Positions 18,444-29,478 of a DNA stretch of 64,000 bases are shown here, piece after piece. Below the pieces are notes generated by a model that saw only the letters and a list, made by a program, of their open reading frames with translations, made no database searches and was not told where the DNA came from. A program made the position numbers and the translations under genes. The stretch comes from an uncultured delta proteobacterium (GTDB lineage Bacteria > Myxococcota > Myxococcia > Myxococcales > Myxococcaceae). How positions within the stretch are numbered: position 1 is the first letter of the stretch; every line of letters starts with the position of its first letter. The DNA is taken from contig CAVYSY010000026.1 of assembly GCA_963771175.1 (NCBI GenBank), positions 192,001 through 256,000 of the forward strand. The letters run 5' to 3'.

Positions 18444-19614
18444 TCACCGCACCTGGCTCAGACGCGTCCAGGCCTCGGCGAGGGCATGCGCGGCGGCGAC
18501 CACGTCCTCCCGGGTCGTCGTCCGCCCCAGGGACAGGCGCACCGAGCCGAGCGCCGCTCGCGGCTCGACGCCCATCGCCGTGAGCACGGAGGAAGCGGAC
18601 TCCTCGCCCGCGTGGCACGCCGAGCCCGTGGACGCGGCGACCTCGGGAGTCGCCGCCAGGAGCGCCGCGCCGCTCACGCCGGGGAAGCGCACGTTCAGCG
18701 TGTTGGGCAGCCGCTCCGTCGGGATGACCGTTGAGCGCGAGCCCGGGGACGCGCGTCCGCAGCCGCTCCCAGCAGCTCGTCGCGCAGTGCGCGCACCCGC
18801 GTCGGCCTCCTGCCTCCAGGTCGCGGCGGGCCACGCTCGCACGCGACCCCGAGCCCCACGATGGACGGCCACGTTCTCGGTGCCCGGGCGCAGGCCGCGC
18901 TCGTGCCCGGCGCCGAGCAGCACCGGGCGCAGCGGCGTACCCGCGGCGCACGTACAGCGCGCCGACGCCCTTGGGCGCGTAGAGCTTGTGCCCGGCGACC
19001 GAGAGCAGGTCGACGCCGAGCTCGTCCACACGGTGGCGGCATCTTGCCGACGGACTGGGCCGCGTCGGTGTGCACCAGCGCGCCCGCGCGCGCGGGCGAC
19101 GTCGCGCAATCTCGGCGATCGGCTGCAGCACGCCGGTCTCGTTGTTGGCGTGCATCACCGTGACGAGCGCCGTGTCGTCGTCGCAGCGCGCGCGCACCGC
19201 CTCGGCGACACGGACCCGCCCGTGCTCGTCCACGCGCGACGCGACGTCACCCGCACGCCGTGCGCTCCAGGTCACGCGCACGGCTCCGCGGTGGCCGGGT
19301 GCTCGATGACCGAGGTCACGAGGTGCCGCTTCTCCGGCGAGCGCGTCCGCGACGCCGCGGATCGCGAGGTTGTTCGGCCTCGGTCCCGCCGCGACGTGAA
19401 GACGATCTCGTCCGGCTGCGCAGCCGAGCAGCGCCGCCACCTGCGCCCGCGCGCGCGTCGACGGCGCTCGTGCGCCCGCGCCCGTAGACGTGCGCGCTCG
19501 ACGGGTTGCCGAAGTGCTCGCGCAGGTACGGCAGCATCGCGTCGACGCACCTCCGGGCAGCACCGGCGTCGTCGCGTTGTGGTCGAGGTAGATGGGGTCG
19601 CGAGGCGCGGTCAT
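18444..19614 (-). CDS. Cysteine desulfurase (IscS/NifS family), many indels
   Basis: YLDHNATTP, HANNETG, GHKLYAPKG and STGSACH fragments across frames. Confidence 0.85.
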
Positions 19615-19648
19615 GGCGCCGGCATTCTCTCCCATCCGGAGCCCGGGT

Positions 19649-20345
19649 TCACGGTTTCCCGGCGAGCCCCGGCACGTCCTCCTTCACACACTGGAACGTC
19701 CCCGAGGGGAATGACTTGCAGCGCAACGCCGTACCCGCGGGCAGGTTCCCGGCCTTGCCTTGCTTCCTCACGCACACCAGCTCGTCGTAATCCGGCTCAC
19801 ATCGCAGCTCGCTGGCGTCCCGCGGAGGGCCCCAGCTCCTGTCGGGCGAGAACGCCTCATTGCAGACGGTGTGCCCCGTCCCCGCCGGCTCACACGTCAG
19901 GGTGGTGGGCTCCTCGGGGTCTGGACGCAGAGAGGTGCAGGGCCTCTGTGAGACGACGGCCGCACATTTCCGACCCCCTCCCGCGGGATCACTGTCGTAC
20001 CAGAGCCTCGACAACGACCCATCCGTCCGGCGGACGAACGCGGCGCGGATGGTCGAGTCGATACCGGCCAGGTCGAAGCCCACATGGAAGGGCTTTCCCG
20101 CTGCCTCTGCCTTTCGGGCACACGCGACGGCGGTCTCCCGCTGCGCCTCCTCGTGTGCCCACCCGCAGTCCACGGCGATCGCCGCCCGCGACCTGCCGAG
20201 CGAGCACTTCGATATCACAGGGATCGCAGCGCGAGTCCTGCAGGAGCCTGAACGTCGGGCGAGCCGCTGCGCTCCGATGGCCGCAGGCACTCACCCACAG
20301 ACACGAGACCACGAGGAAGACCACACGAACGGTGGAGAGGTGCAT
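19649..20345 (-). CDS. Cys-rich hypothetical lipoprotein (frameshifted)
   Basis: VSAC lipobox-like leader; Cys-rich downstream ORF. Confidence 0.45.
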
Positions 20346-20403
20346 GCTCCCGAGCCTAGAGCGCACCGCCCGCGGACGGGAGGTGCTATGCCCGGTTGTC
20401 GCC

Positions 20404-20976
20404 ATGACCCGCACCCTCACCATCGTCCCCCGTTGGGCCGGTCACTCCGACTCGGACTTCTATCCCTGGCTCATGCTCGAACGGCCCTCGGGATTCGACA
20501 CTGTGCGCGCGCTGGACATGCCGGACCCGAAGCAGCCCACCATCGACGCCTGGGTCTCCGCGCTCACCACCGCCGTGAGCCCGTCGCCCGCGTCCGGAAC
20601 CGTGCTCCTGGGACACAGCGTCGGGTGCCAGGCGGTGCTGCGCTACCTCGCGACGCTGCCTCCGGGCTGTACCGTGGACGGCGTGCTGCTCGTGGCCGGC
20701 TGGTGGAGCGTGGACAAGCCGTGGGACAGCCTCCGCCCGTGGACGGACACGCCGGTGGACCTCGCGCGGGCCCGGGCCGCCTCGCGCCGCTTCGTCGTCC
20801 TGCTGTCCGACAACGACCCCTTCACCTCGGACTTCCGCGAGAACGGCCGCCTCTGGCGGGAGCGCCTCGGCGCCGAGGTGGTGCTCGTGCCCGGTGCGCG
20901 TCACTTCAACGGCGCGCAGGAGCCCTCGGTGCTCGACGCACTGCGTTCCTTCTCCCAGCCACTGACCAATCCCTGA
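20404..20976 (+). CDS. RBBP9/YdeN-family serine hydrolase
   Basis: GHSVGC, SDNDP and HF. Confidence 0.85.
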   Translation: MTRTLTIVPRWAGHSDSDFYPWLMLERPSGFDTVRALDMPDPKQPTIDAWVSALTTAVSPSPASGTVLLGHSVGCQAVLRYLATLPPGCTVDGVLLVAGWWSVDKPWDSLRPWTDTPVDLARARAASRRFVVLLSDNDPFTSDFRENGRLWRERLGAEVVLVPGARHFNGAQEPSVLDALRSFSQPLTNP

Positions 20977-21096
20977 CGAGCCGTCAGGGCCCCCCCTGGT
21001 GGGACGTCCGATACCCGACGCCCAGCCGCCATGCAGGCAGGGCTTGGACCGAGCTTGGTTGACCGGCCACACGCTGGGTCAAAGGATTGAGACGTC

Positions 21097-21504
21097 ATGA
21101 GCACGCTAGAGCCGAAGATCGTCGTCACGTCGTCCGACATGGAGCGGCTGCGGACCCTCATCGACACGACCGCGGGCGACCGGGCGGACGTGCTCGACGC
21201 GGAGCTGATGCGCGCCGTGGTGGTCGAACCCTCCGAGGTTCCACCGGACGTCGTCACCATGAACAGCCGCGTCGTCTACAGGGACGAGGACTCCCACGAG
21301 ACGCGCGAGGTGACGCTCTCGTACCCGAAGGATGCCTCCCTTGAGCAGGGACGGGTATCCGTGCTGGCGCCCGTGGGTGCGGCGCTGCTCGGGCTCTCGG
21401 TGGGGCAGGAAATCGAGTGGTTGCTGCCCGGGGGGAAGCACAAGCGCCTGCGCATCATCTCGGTCCCCTATCAGCCGCAGGCGGCGGGCAACACCCACCA
21501 CTGA
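21097..21504 (+). CDS. rnk: Nucleoside diphosphate kinase regulator (GreA/GreB family)
   Basis: PPDVVTMNSRV...SVLAPVGAALLGL...YQP. Confidence 0.85.
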   Translation: MSTLEPKIVVTSSDMERLRTLIDTTAGDRADVLDAELMRAVVVEPSEVPPDVVTMNSRVVYRDEDSHETREVTLSYPKDASLEQGRVSVLAPVGAALLGLSVGQEIEWLLPGGKHKRLRIISVPYQPQAAGNTHH

Positions 21505-21619
21505 GCGGAGCGGGAGGAGGGGTTCCATCCCCTCGGGTTGAACCCCAGCAACCGGCTCCGGGGCGAGAGCAGGAGCTCGGAGCACGAGCCCGGCCTCCTC
21601 TGCTACAAGCCCCCCGCGC

Positions 21620-23095
21620 ATGTCGGTTCCCCGCTCCCCTCCCCCGCCCCCGCTGTCTCGTGAGCGCTTCGAGGCCCTCGTGGCGGAGGGCTACAACCAG
21701 GTCCCCCTGGTCCGCCGGCTCGCGAGTGACGGGCTCCGACCGCTGGACCTGCTGCGAGCCCTGCCCCCGGGACATCGCTTCCTCCTGGAGAGCACCCGCG
21801 CCTCCACCGAGGGCCGCTACTCCTACGTGGGGGCAAAGCCCTTCCTCACCTTCCGGGCCAAGGGCTCGCGGTGCGAGGTGAACGGCGAGCCGCATCCGGG
21901 TGAGCCCCTGTCCACCCTGCGCGAGCTGCTGAAGCGCTGGCGGGGCGTGCGGCTGCCGGGGATGCCCCTCTTCTGCGGCGGCGCGGTGGGCTTCTTCGCC
22001 TACGAGGCCGCCCACTATTTCGAGTCCCTCCCGCGCCACCCGAACGACGACCTGGGCCTGCCGGACATCGCCCTCGACTTCGTGGACACCTTCGTGGCGG
22101 TGGATCACCAGGAGGGGCACGCGCTGGTGGTGGCCACGGGCGACGACTACGACGACTGCACCCGGCGGGTGGAGGCGCTGGAGCGCGTGGTGCGTGGTGT
22201 CCTGGCCACCGAGCCTCCTGCCCCTTCCTGGCACCTCGCGGACGGGCAGACGCCGGACGTGGCGTGGCGCTCCAACTTCACCCAGGAGGACTACCTGCGC
22301 GCGGTGGAGCGCGTGCGCGAGTACATCCGCGCGGGAGACACCTACCAGGTCAACCTCTCGCAGCGGTTGGAGGTGGAGCCGAGGCTGCCCGCGCTGGCGC
22401 TGTACGAGGCGCTGTCCGCCCTCAACCCGGTCCACTTCGCCAGCTACCTGGAGGTGGACGGCGTCGAGGTGGTGAGCGCCTCGCCCGAGCGGCTGGTGCG
22501 GGTGGAGGACGGCCAGGCCATCACCCGGCCCATCGCGGGCACGCGCCGCAAGGGCACGCCGGAGGAGAACGCGCGCTTCGTCCACGAGCTGCGCACCAAC
22601 GAGAAGGAGCGCGCCGAGCACGCGATGCTGGTGGACCTGGAGCGCAACGACCTGGGGCGCGTCTGCGCCTACGGCAGCGTCCAGGTGACGAAGCTGATGG
22701 AAATCATCGAGTACGCCCACGTCATCCACATCGAGTCCGAGGTGGTGGGCCGGCTGGCCCCGGGCGTGGAGCCGCTCGACGTGGTGGCGGCGGTGTTCCC
22801 GGGCGGCACCATCACCGGGCGTGCCGAAGATTCGCACCAGCAGCTCATCACCGAGCTGGAGCCACATGCCCGAGGGCTCTACACGGGCTCGCTCGGCTAC
22901 CTGAGCTTCACGGGCGAGCTGGACCTGAACATCGTCATCCGCACGATGGTGCTGAAGGGCGGCCGGGCCTGGGTGCAGGTGGGCGCGGGCATCGTCCACG
23001 ACTCGGAGCCGAGACGCGAGTACCAGGAGACGCTGCACAAGGCGCGCTCGTTGCTGCTCGCGCTGTCCGCGCGCCCGGTGGAGGACGCGGCATGA
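21620..23095 (+). CDS. pabB: Aminodeoxychorismate/anthranilate synthase component I
   Basis: [40 protein letters not shown]; clustered with an amidotransferase and a class IV lyase. Confidence 0.8.
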   Translation: MSVPRSPPPPPLSRERFEALVAEGYNQVPLVRRLASDGLRPLDLLRALPPGHRFLLESTRASTEGRYSYVGAKPFLTFRAKGSRCEVNGEPHPGEPLSTLRELLKRWRGVRLPGMPLFCGGAVGFFAYEAAHYFESLPRHPNDDLGLPDIALDFVDTFVAVDHQEGHALVVATGDDYDDCTRRVEALERVVRGVLATEPPAPSWHLADGQTPDVAWRSNFTQEDYLRAVERVREYIRAGDTYQVNLSQRLEVEPRLPALALYEALSALNPVHFASYLEVDGVEVVSASPERLVRVEDGQAITRPIAGTRRKGTPEENARFVHELRTNEKERAEHAMLVDLERNDLGRVCAYGSVQVTKLMEIIEYAHVIHIESEVVGRLAPGVEPLDVVAAVFPGGTITGRAEDSHQQLITELEPHARGLYTGSLGYLSFTGELDLNIVIRTMVLKGGRAWVQVGAGIVHDSEPRREYQETLHKARSLLLALSARPVEDAA

Positions 23096-23661
23096 TGCTG
23101 CTCATCGACAACTTCGACTCCTTCACCTTCAACCTCGTCCAGGCGCTGGGCAGCCTCGGGGCGGAGCTGAAGGTGGTGCGCAACGACGCCCTCACCCTCG
23201 CCGACGTGGAGGCGCTGCGGCCGGACCACATCGTCATCTCCCCGGGCCCGTGCACTCCGAACGAGGCCGGCATCTCGCTGGACGTCATCCGCGCCTTCGC
23301 GGGCCGGGTGCCCGTGCTCGGGGTGTGCCTGGGTCACCAGTCCATCGGACAGGTGTTCGGCGGGCGCGTCGTCCGGGCCCCGGTGCCCGTCCACGGCAAG
23401 ACGGCCGACATCCACCACGATGGCCGGGGTGTCTTCCGGGGTCTGCCCAACCCGTTCGTCGCCGCGCGCTACCACTCGCTGGTGGTGGACCGGGCGAGCC
23501 TCCCGGACTGCCTGGAGGTGTCGGCCTGGTGCGGCGACCTGGTGATGGGCCTGCGGCACCGCGAGTACCCGTGGCTGGAGGGCATCCAGTTCCATCCCGA
23601 GTCCTTCCTCACGCCGCACGGGAACCAGTTGCTCGCCCGGTTCCTGGAGGCACGGCTCTGA
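23092..23661 (+). CDS. pabA: Glutamine amidotransferase component II
   Basis: [19 protein letters not shown] and QFHPES. Confidence 0.85.
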   Translation: MMLLIDNFDSFTFNLVQALGSLGAELKVVRNDALTLADVEALRPDHIVISPGPCTPNEAGISLDVIRAFAGRVPVLGVCLGHQSIGQVFGGRVVRAPVPVHGKTADIHHDGRGVFRGLPNPFVAARYHSLVVDRASLPDCLEVSAWCGDLVMGLRHREYPWLEGIQFHPESFLTPHGNQLLARFLEARL

Positions 23662-24530
23662 TGATGGAAACCGTCGCGGTGAACGGAGAGGTGCGAAGGC
23701 TGGGGGACCTGCGGCTCCAGGACTTCCTCCAGTCCTTCTTCTTCGGCGCGGGGTTCTTCGAGACGTTCCTCGTCACCGAGGGCGCCCCGATGTTCCTCGA
23801 GCGGCACCTCGCACGGCTGCGGGCGAGTCTCGCGGCCCATCACGACTGCGTGCGCCCTCCCCCGCCGGAAGCCCTCACCGCCGAGGCCGTCCTCGAGGCC
23901 CTGCGCCGATGCCTGGAGGCGGATGCCAGCCTGGGGCCGCGCTTCACCGGCGTGGGCAAGCTGGTGGCGGGAGATGGCCGGCTGCTGCTGTCCTTCCGTC
24001 CCCTCCCAAGCGACCACGAGCGCACCCTGCGCGAGGGTCGCGTCCACGATGAGTTGGAGCGCCAGGGTTACCGACGGGGTGACCCCACGCTGAAGCACAA
24101 GAGCGTCTCGTACCTCCGGCAGTACGCGCACCTCGGGCGGGGAACGGTCTTCTGCAACGAGCTCGGGGAGCTCTGCGAGGCGCCGAACGGGAACCTGTTC
24201 TTCCTCGTGGAGGACGCGGTGGTGACGCCGCCGCTGGAGGCCCCGTGCCTCCCGGGCATCATCCGCTCCGTACTGCTGGAGGAGGGGCGGCTCGGGGAGA
24301 TGCCCGTCGTGGAGCGCGCGGTGCCGCTGGAGCGGCTGGAGGACGTGCGCGGGTGTGTCCTCACCAACTCCGTCAGCCTCGCGCTGGCCGTCCCGCGATT
24401 GCTCGGGCGGGAGCTGCCCGCGAGCCGGGAGCTGGCCGAGCGCGCTCGGGCCGTGGCCCTCGTCCAGGGGGAGCGGGTCCTTACGCGGGCCCCTGGAAGT
24501 CGAGGCCCTGTCGCACCTCGGCGTCCGTGA
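23661..24530 (+). CDS. pabC: Aminotransferase class IV / aminodeoxychorismate lyase
   Basis: FFET, HLARL, HKSVSY, LPGIIR and TNS. Confidence 0.75.
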   Translation: MMETVAVNGEVRRLGDLRLQDFLQSFFFGAGFFETFLVTEGAPMFLERHLARLRASLAAHHDCVRPPPPEALTAEAVLEALRRCLEADASLGPRFTGVGKLVAGDGRLLLSFRPLPSDHERTLREGRVHDELERQGYRRGDPTLKHKSVSYLRQYAHLGRGTVFCNELGELCEAPNGNLFFLVEDAVVTPPLEAPCLPGIIRSVLLEEGRLGEMPVVERAVPLERLEDVRGCVLTNSVSLALAVPRLLGRELPASRELAERARAVALVQGERVLTRAPGSRGPVAPRRP

Positions 24531-25281
24531 GCAACCGGTAGGAGCCCTCCGGCACGTCGAGCGTCACCTCGCCCACGGCCTCGCGGTGCAGCGTCCGCAC
24601 CGGGTGCCCCACCGCCGCCAGCATCCGCTTCACCTGGTGGTGCCGTCCCTCGGTGAGCACCAGCTCGACCCGACTGGGAGTCAGCAGCCGAGCCCCCGCT
24701 GGCCGGGTGGGCCCATCCTCGAGCACCACGCCCTCCGCGCAGCCTCGCAGGGCCTCCTCCGAGGGCTGTCCCTCGACCTCCGTCACGTACCGCTTGGAGA
24801 CGTGCGTCTCCGGAGAGGTCGCGTGCGCCACCAGTCGCTCCTCGTTGGTGAAGAGCAGCAACCCCGTCGTGTCCCGGTCCAACCGCCCCACCGCGTACCA
24901 CTCGTAACCGCGCAGCTCCGGCGGCAGCACCGCCCGTAGACGCTCGAAGACCGTTCCGATGCCCTCGGGGTCGTGCCCCGCCACCACCACGCCCGCGGGC
25001 TTGTGGAACATCAGCACCAGCGTCCGCGCCTCCAGCGAGCGCGGCTGCCCCTCCACCCGCACCGCGCTCCCCGCGTGCACCGGCGCGAAGGGGTCTCGCT
25101 CCACGCGTCCGTCCACCTCCACGCGGCCCTCCTGGATGGCCTGCTCCGCCTCGGCCCGGGGCAGCACTCCCGCTCGCCCCAGCGCACGCGCGAGCCAGTC
25201 CACGCGGCTTCCCTCCGGCACCGGCTCCTTGCGCCGACGCGCGGCCTCCAGCCACCGCGGCGTCTTCGACTTCCTCGCCAT
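24481..25281 (-). CDS. RNA pseudouridine synthase (RsuA/RluB family)
   Basis: S4 domain; HKPAG; VGRLDRDTTGLL; EGRHHQVKRM. Confidence 0.9.
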   Translation of the reverse strand: MARKSKTPRWLEAARRRKEPVPEGSRVDWLARALGRAGVLPRAEAEQAIQEGRVEVDGRVERDPFAPVHAGSAVRVEGQPRSLEARTLVLMFHKPAGVVVAGHDPEGIGTVFERLRAVLPPELRGYEWYAVGRLDRDTTGLLLFTNEERLVAHATSPETHVSKRYVTEVEGQPSEEALRGCAEGVVLEDGPTRPAGARLLTPSRVELVLTEGRHHQVKRMLAAVGHPVRTLHREAVGEVTLDVPEGSYRLLTDAEVRQGLDFQGPA

Positions 25282-25467
25282 CCCCGACTCCTTCTCCAGC
25301 GTCCGTATCTTCTATTCCCCGACCCCGCGTGCGCCCCTCCGCTGCCCGCCACACGAGCGCGCCCGACCTGATTCCTGGCACTTGCCCACGCATGCCTACC
25401 TTGAACCATGTGTGGGTCAGCCCCGGCATGCGCAGCATCCATTCCCAACCTACTCGGAGGAGACTGC

Positions 25468-25911
25468 ATGGCAACCGTGACTGAAGGAGGAATCCAGGGC
25501 ACCACCCATGCCGGCAGCAGCACCGGCGCATCGCCAGGCTCCAGTGAGGTCTCGTCCCAGCAGTCAGACATCGGCATCACCGCCCAGGGCAAGGAGCAGG
25601 TGAAGCGCGTCACCGGAGTGACCCGGGAGCGGGTCTACCACCAGGTGGACAACAAGAAGGAAGATCTCATCAAGGGCCTGCACGGCTTCGTCTCCACGTT
25701 GGAGAACGCCTCGCGGAACACCGAGGGCTTCTCGCAGCAGTTGCTGGGTGGCGCCGTGGGCTACGTCCGCAAGTTCTCGGACCGCATCGAGAACGGCTCC
25801 ACCGAGGAACTGGTGCAGGAGGCCCGGCAATTCATCCGCGAGCGGCCCGTGCCCTTCTTCGCCGGCTGCATCGCCGTGGGGTTCCTCGCTGCCCGAGTCC
25901 TGAAGGAATAG
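25468..25911 (+). CDS. Hypothetical protein with C-terminal membrane anchor (ElaB/YqjD-like)
   Basis: FIRERPVPFFAGCIAVGFLAARVLK tail. Confidence 0.6.
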   Translation: MATVTEGGIQGTTHAGSSTGASPGSSEVSSQQSDIGITAQGKEQVKRVTGVTRERVYHQVDNKKEDLIKGLHGFVSTLENASRNTEGFSQQLLGGAVGYVRKFSDRIENGSTEELVQEARQFIRERPVPFFAGCIAVGFLAARVLKE

Positions 25912-25921
25912 GGAGGACACG

Positions 25922-26398
25922 ATGCAGCCCTACAACACAGACAACCGAGGCAGCCCCCGCTACGAGGACCGCACCGTCCCGGGCGATGGCTCGTCGGGCC
26001 GTGAGTTCGGCTCGCTCCTGGGTGAGTTCTTCGACCAGGGCAAGCGGCTGATCCGCGCGGAAGTCACCCTCGCGAAGACCGAGCTGCGCGATGAGCTGAC
26101 GAAGTTCAAGGCGGGCGGCGCGATGGTGGGCGCGGGTGGCGCGCTGCTCTTCATCGGAGGCATCGCCTTCATGCTCTTCGCCTGCACCGCGCTGGCGCTG
26201 GTGATGCCCTTCTGGGCCGCGGCCCTCATCGTCACGGTGCTCTTCCTCGCCGTGGGTGGAGGCATCGCCTACGCCGGCATCCAGCGCATGAAGAAGCTCC
26301 ACGCACCCGAGAAAACCATCCAGACCCTCAAGGAGGACAATCAATGGGCGAGCAGGACGTTCCAATCCGTGAAATCTCAGATGCACGGGCACGCATGA
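25922..26398 (+). CDS. Phage-holin-family (YqjE-like) membrane protein
   Basis: LIRAEVTLAKTEL, two TM helices, PEKTIQTLKED. Confidence 0.75.
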   Translation: MQPYNTDNRGSPRYEDRTVPGDGSSGREFGSLLGEFFDQGKRLIRAEVTLAKTELRDELTKFKAGGAMVGAGGALLFIGGIAFMLFACTALALVMPFWAAALIVTVLFLAVGGGIAYAGIQRMKKLHAPEKTIQTLKEDNQWASRTFQSVKSQMHGHA

Positions 26399-27309
26399 GC
26401 GAGCTCGCCGACGAAATGGCCCGCCGCATGGAACCGGAGCACCTCAAGGCGATCGCCGCCGAGAAGGTCTCCGATTTCAAGGAGCAGGCCCGAGAGCGAG
26501 CGACGGAGAAGGTCGACGAAATCAAGACGCACGCCAAGGAGGCGGTCATGCGCAGGACAACGGAAATCAGGGAGCGAGCGGACACTCCCAAGGGATGGAG
26601 CATGCTCGGAGCCATTCTAGGCGCCGGGGTCGGCTCGCTGCTGATGAAGAAGGCCTTCGACGTGCGCCGAGAGTCCGGCGGGCACATGGGCTACCAGGGC
26701 CGGCGCATGTACGGCCGCTATGACCTGGAGACGCCGGAGCTGGTGCCCGCCCCCGAAGGTGGCCTGATGCGGCCCACCGGTGACGTGCGCGGCACGCTGG
26801 GCAGCGACATCGGCGTGCGGACCAGCACGGACGTGGGCAGCGTGGACACGGGAGAAGGCGGGCTGAAGGCTCGCGCCTCGGATGTCATCGACACGGCGAA
26901 GGAGAAAGCCTCCGAGCTCAAGGGACGCGCGAGCGACCTCGTGGACCGGGCCACGGAGAAGACCCATGGGCTGCGTGAGCGCATTCCGGATCGGGGCGAG
27001 CTGCGGCACCAGGCCTCGGACTGGTACGGCACCGTGAAAGACAACCCGGTGCTGCTGGCCATCGGCGGCCTCGCGGTCGGCGCGCTGTTCGCCAGCTTCA
27101 TCCCGGTGACCAACCGCGAGCGCCAGCTCTTCGAGCCGGCCAAGAGCAAGGTGAAGGAGCGCATCTCCACCCTCGGCGACCAGCTCGAGAGCAAAATCTC
27201 AGGCCAGGAGGAGGAAGTCGAGGCGTCCGCCGCCTCGGAGAGCGAGCGCGAGCGCGGCACCATTCCGCCGCTGCCGCCGCTTGACGACTACACCTCCACC
27301 ATTCACTGA
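26395..27309 (+). CDS. DUF3618-like hypothetical protein
   Basis: Coupled to the previous gene; NPVLLAIGGLAVGALFASFIPVTNRE. Confidence 0.55.
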   Translation: MSELADEMARRMEPEHLKAIAAEKVSDFKEQARERATEKVDEIKTHAKEAVMRRTTEIRERADTPKGWSMLGAILGAGVGSLLMKKAFDVRRESGGHMGYQGRRMYGRYDLETPELVPAPEGGLMRPTGDVRGTLGSDIGVRTSTDVGSVDTGEGGLKARASDVIDTAKEKASELKGRASDLVDRATEKTHGLRERIPDRGELRHQASDWYGTVKDNPVLLAIGGLAVGALFASFIPVTNRERQLFEPAKSKVKERISTLGDQLESKISGQEEEVEASAASESERERGTIPPLPPLDDYTSTIH

Positions 27310-27367
27310 GCAGGGTGCGGAGCGCACGAGGCCGGACGGGGAGACCACCGCCTCGCCCGGCCTTGCG

Positions 27368-27943
27368 CTATCCGCCGTCCACCGGAGCCGCGGCGCGTGC
27401 CCGCCACTCCCGATCGAGGACGGCGTAGATGAGCGAGTCGCACCACTCGCCCTTGATGAAGGCGTTCTCGCGGAAGTGTGCCTCCTGGCGCATGCCCAGC
27501 TTCTCCATCACCCGGACGGAAGCGGGGTTGCGCGGATCACAGTCTGCCCACACGCGGTGCAGGCCGAGCGTCCCGAAGCCGAAGTCCACGAGCGCCCGCG
27601 CCGCCTCGGGGATGTAGCCCCGGCCCCACTGAGAGCGGTCGAGGATGTACCAGAGGGTGGCCTCGCGCAGCTCGGGGTCGGTGATGTTCATGCCACAGCG
27701 CCCGATGAGCTGGTTGCCATCACGCAGCACCACGGCCAGGTCATAGATGCGCCGGGGCGTCTCACGCGCCACGGCCCTCACGCGGCGGATGTAGTCCCGG
27801 CTCTCCTCGGGAGTGCGGACCCCGTGGGACTGGTAGCGCACCACCTCCGGATCGGACTCGTAGGGGTGGGTGGCGCGCCAGTCGTCCTCCTCGAACTCGC
27901 GCAGCAGCAGGCGAGGCGTGGTCAGCGGCGAGGTGAACAGCAT
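27368..27943 (-). CDS. GNAT N-acetyltransferase (RimJ/RimL family)
   Basis: TPRLLLR, WGRGY and NPASVRVMEKLGM. Confidence 0.9.
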   Translation of the reverse strand: MLFTSPLTTPRLLLREFEEDDWRATHPYESDPEVVRYQSHGVRTPEESRDYIRRVRAVARETPRRIYDLAVVLRDGNQLIGRCGMNITDPELREATLWYILDRSQWGRGYIPEAARALVDFGFGTLGLHRVWADCDPRNPASVRVMEKLGMRQEAHFRENAFIKGEWCDSLIYAVLDREWRARAAAPVDGG

Positions 27944-27947
27944 GACG

Positions 27948-28529
27948 TCAGGCCTCCTGGGCCGGAGCACCGGGGAAAAAGGCGTGGGCCTTGCCCTGCG
28001 CGTCGATGTAGCTGAAGTCCTGGAAGCGCGCGGCATCGGGGGAGTCCGGGTGCTGGCGAGCCTCCGCGAGTCGCGCGTACGAGAGGGAGTCGATGTCCTC
28101 CTCCTTCACGCCCGCGAGCGCGAGGAACCCGGGGCGGCTGTCCCCATCGCGCAGGAGCGTGGGCCGGTGGCCCTTGAAGTCGAGGGCGGTGGACACCCGC
28201 TGGAGGGCGGCATGGGCCTGGGAGAGCTGCTTCGCGGTGCGCATCCGCAGGGCCACCTCCTCGCGGGTCTGGCAGCTCCCGTCCACGTGGACGCTGACCC
28301 GCAGACTGTCCTCGGTGACGGAGAAGACGAGGACGCGGCTCTTGGGGAGCTCGCGGGAGAGGGTGGTCGCGGCCTCCTCGGCGGCCTCGCCCTCTGCGTG
28401 GGGCCACAGCCGCAGCGCCTTGCCCGGACCGGCGGCGAGGAAGGCCGACAACTGGCGGGAGCCGAGCCAGCGCTGCACCTTGGTGCGGGCCGCTCCCAGC
28501 ACGATGAATCCCTGCGCGAAGTCACTCAT
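27948..28529 (-). CDS. Hypothetical protein
   Basis: GC3-biased ORF in an operon-like position. Confidence 0.55.
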   Translation of the reverse strand: MSDFAQGFIVLGAARTKVQRWLGSRQLSAFLAAGPGKALRLWPHAEGEAAEEAATTLSRELPKSRVLVFSVTEDSLRVSVHVDGSCQTREEVALRMRTAKQLSQAHAALQRVSTALDFKGHRPTLLRDGDSRPGFLALAGVKEEDIDSLSYARLAEARQHPDSPDAARFQDFSYIDAQGKAHAFFPGAPAQEA

Positions 28530-28562
28530 GGGGCGCAAGAGCACGTCGAAGCAGCGTTCTCG

Positions 28563-29060
28563 TCAAGAGGCAGGAACGATTCGCCACGCTTCGGAGCCCT
28601 TGCCTTCTTCGGCAACCATCCGGACCGGCCTGGCCTCGACGAGTCCCGTCTCCTCGAGCGGGTACTCCTCGATGGGCTTGTCCACCATCACCATGAGCCG
28701 CAGGAGCCTCTCGGCAGGCTGACCCATGGGCGCCGGAGCATCGACGCGCTCCCACTTGGAGACGGTCGTCTTGTCGACCCCCATCTTGTCCGCGAAGTCC
28801 TTGCTGGAGAGCCCGAGGTATTTCCGCAAGAAGCGGATCTCCTTCGGACCGAGCTTCTCCCGACGCCTGGCCACCGTCATGGCCAGACGGCGGTGCAGCT
28901 CTTCAATCTTGAAGATGCCCACCTCGCGCTCGCCGCACTTGGGGCACCGGTAGACCATGACCCCCTTCAAAGTGACGTTATCCAACCCGATGAGGTCGTC
29001 CTTGATGTTCTCCCGGGTCCCCTTCATGGGCGTGCCGCACATGAGACACTTGTCGTTCAC
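28563..29060 (-). CDS. MqsA/YgiT-type Zn-finger + HTH antitoxin
   Basis: CLMCG...CPKCGE; EIRFLRKYLGLSSKDFADKMGVDKTTVSKWE. Confidence 0.85.
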   Translation of the reverse strand: MNDKCLMCGTPMKGTRENIKDDLIGLDNVTLKGVMVYRCPKCGEREVGIFKIEELHRRLAMTVARRREKLGPKEIRFLRKYLGLSSKDFADKMGVDKTTVSKWERVDAPAPMGQPAERLLRLMVMVDKPIEEYPLEETGLVEARPVRMVAEEGKGSEAWRIVPAS

Positions 29061-29342
29061 CGGTTCCTCCGCATGGCGGTCACCACCACGAGCGTGCTCT
29101 CGTCCGAAAGGCGATGACCACGCGAATCATCGAAGTCTCGACGTGGTACCGCCAGCTCCCGTTCTCCCACTCCGGCTCACGCACTACGCCTCCGCGGAGC
29201 ACGTTTTCCACGTCCCTTCGTGAGAGCTCGTCCTTTCGCATTTCGTCTTCGGCGTGATTGCTGAAGAAATCACCCTCCTTCAGGATGGCCTGACCAGCTT
29301 CTTGGCATCACCTGCCCGGAGTTGACCTGTAACGTCGTACAT
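29057..29342 (-). pseudogene. DUF4258-like toxin, frameshifted; absent from the ORF track
   Basis: FSNHAEDEMRKDELSRRDVENVLRGG...WRYHVET...LVVVTA; stop overlaps the antitoxin GTG start. Confidence 0.7.
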
Positions 29343-29478
29343 TGGGAAAATACCAACTCTTGGAGAAACCTCAACTGCGCTCGCCTGCTCTCCGGGCGTT
29401 CTGCAAGCTGCTCGCCAGTTCGGACCCCAAGGGATTTCGCGCCTTTGCCGTACTGCACATGGCTCACGACTGAGACGG

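Noticed and set aside
18286..20976. 896-aa ORF and other long antisense ORFs (e.g. 31000-33462, 41493-43562, 56009-58636)
   Set aside because: Shadow frames typical of high-GC DNA; only the last ~190 aa of the 896-aa ORF is a real gene
25922..26398. Holin as evidence of a prophage
   Set aside because: Sits in a YqjDEK-like chromosomal operon with no phage genes nearby
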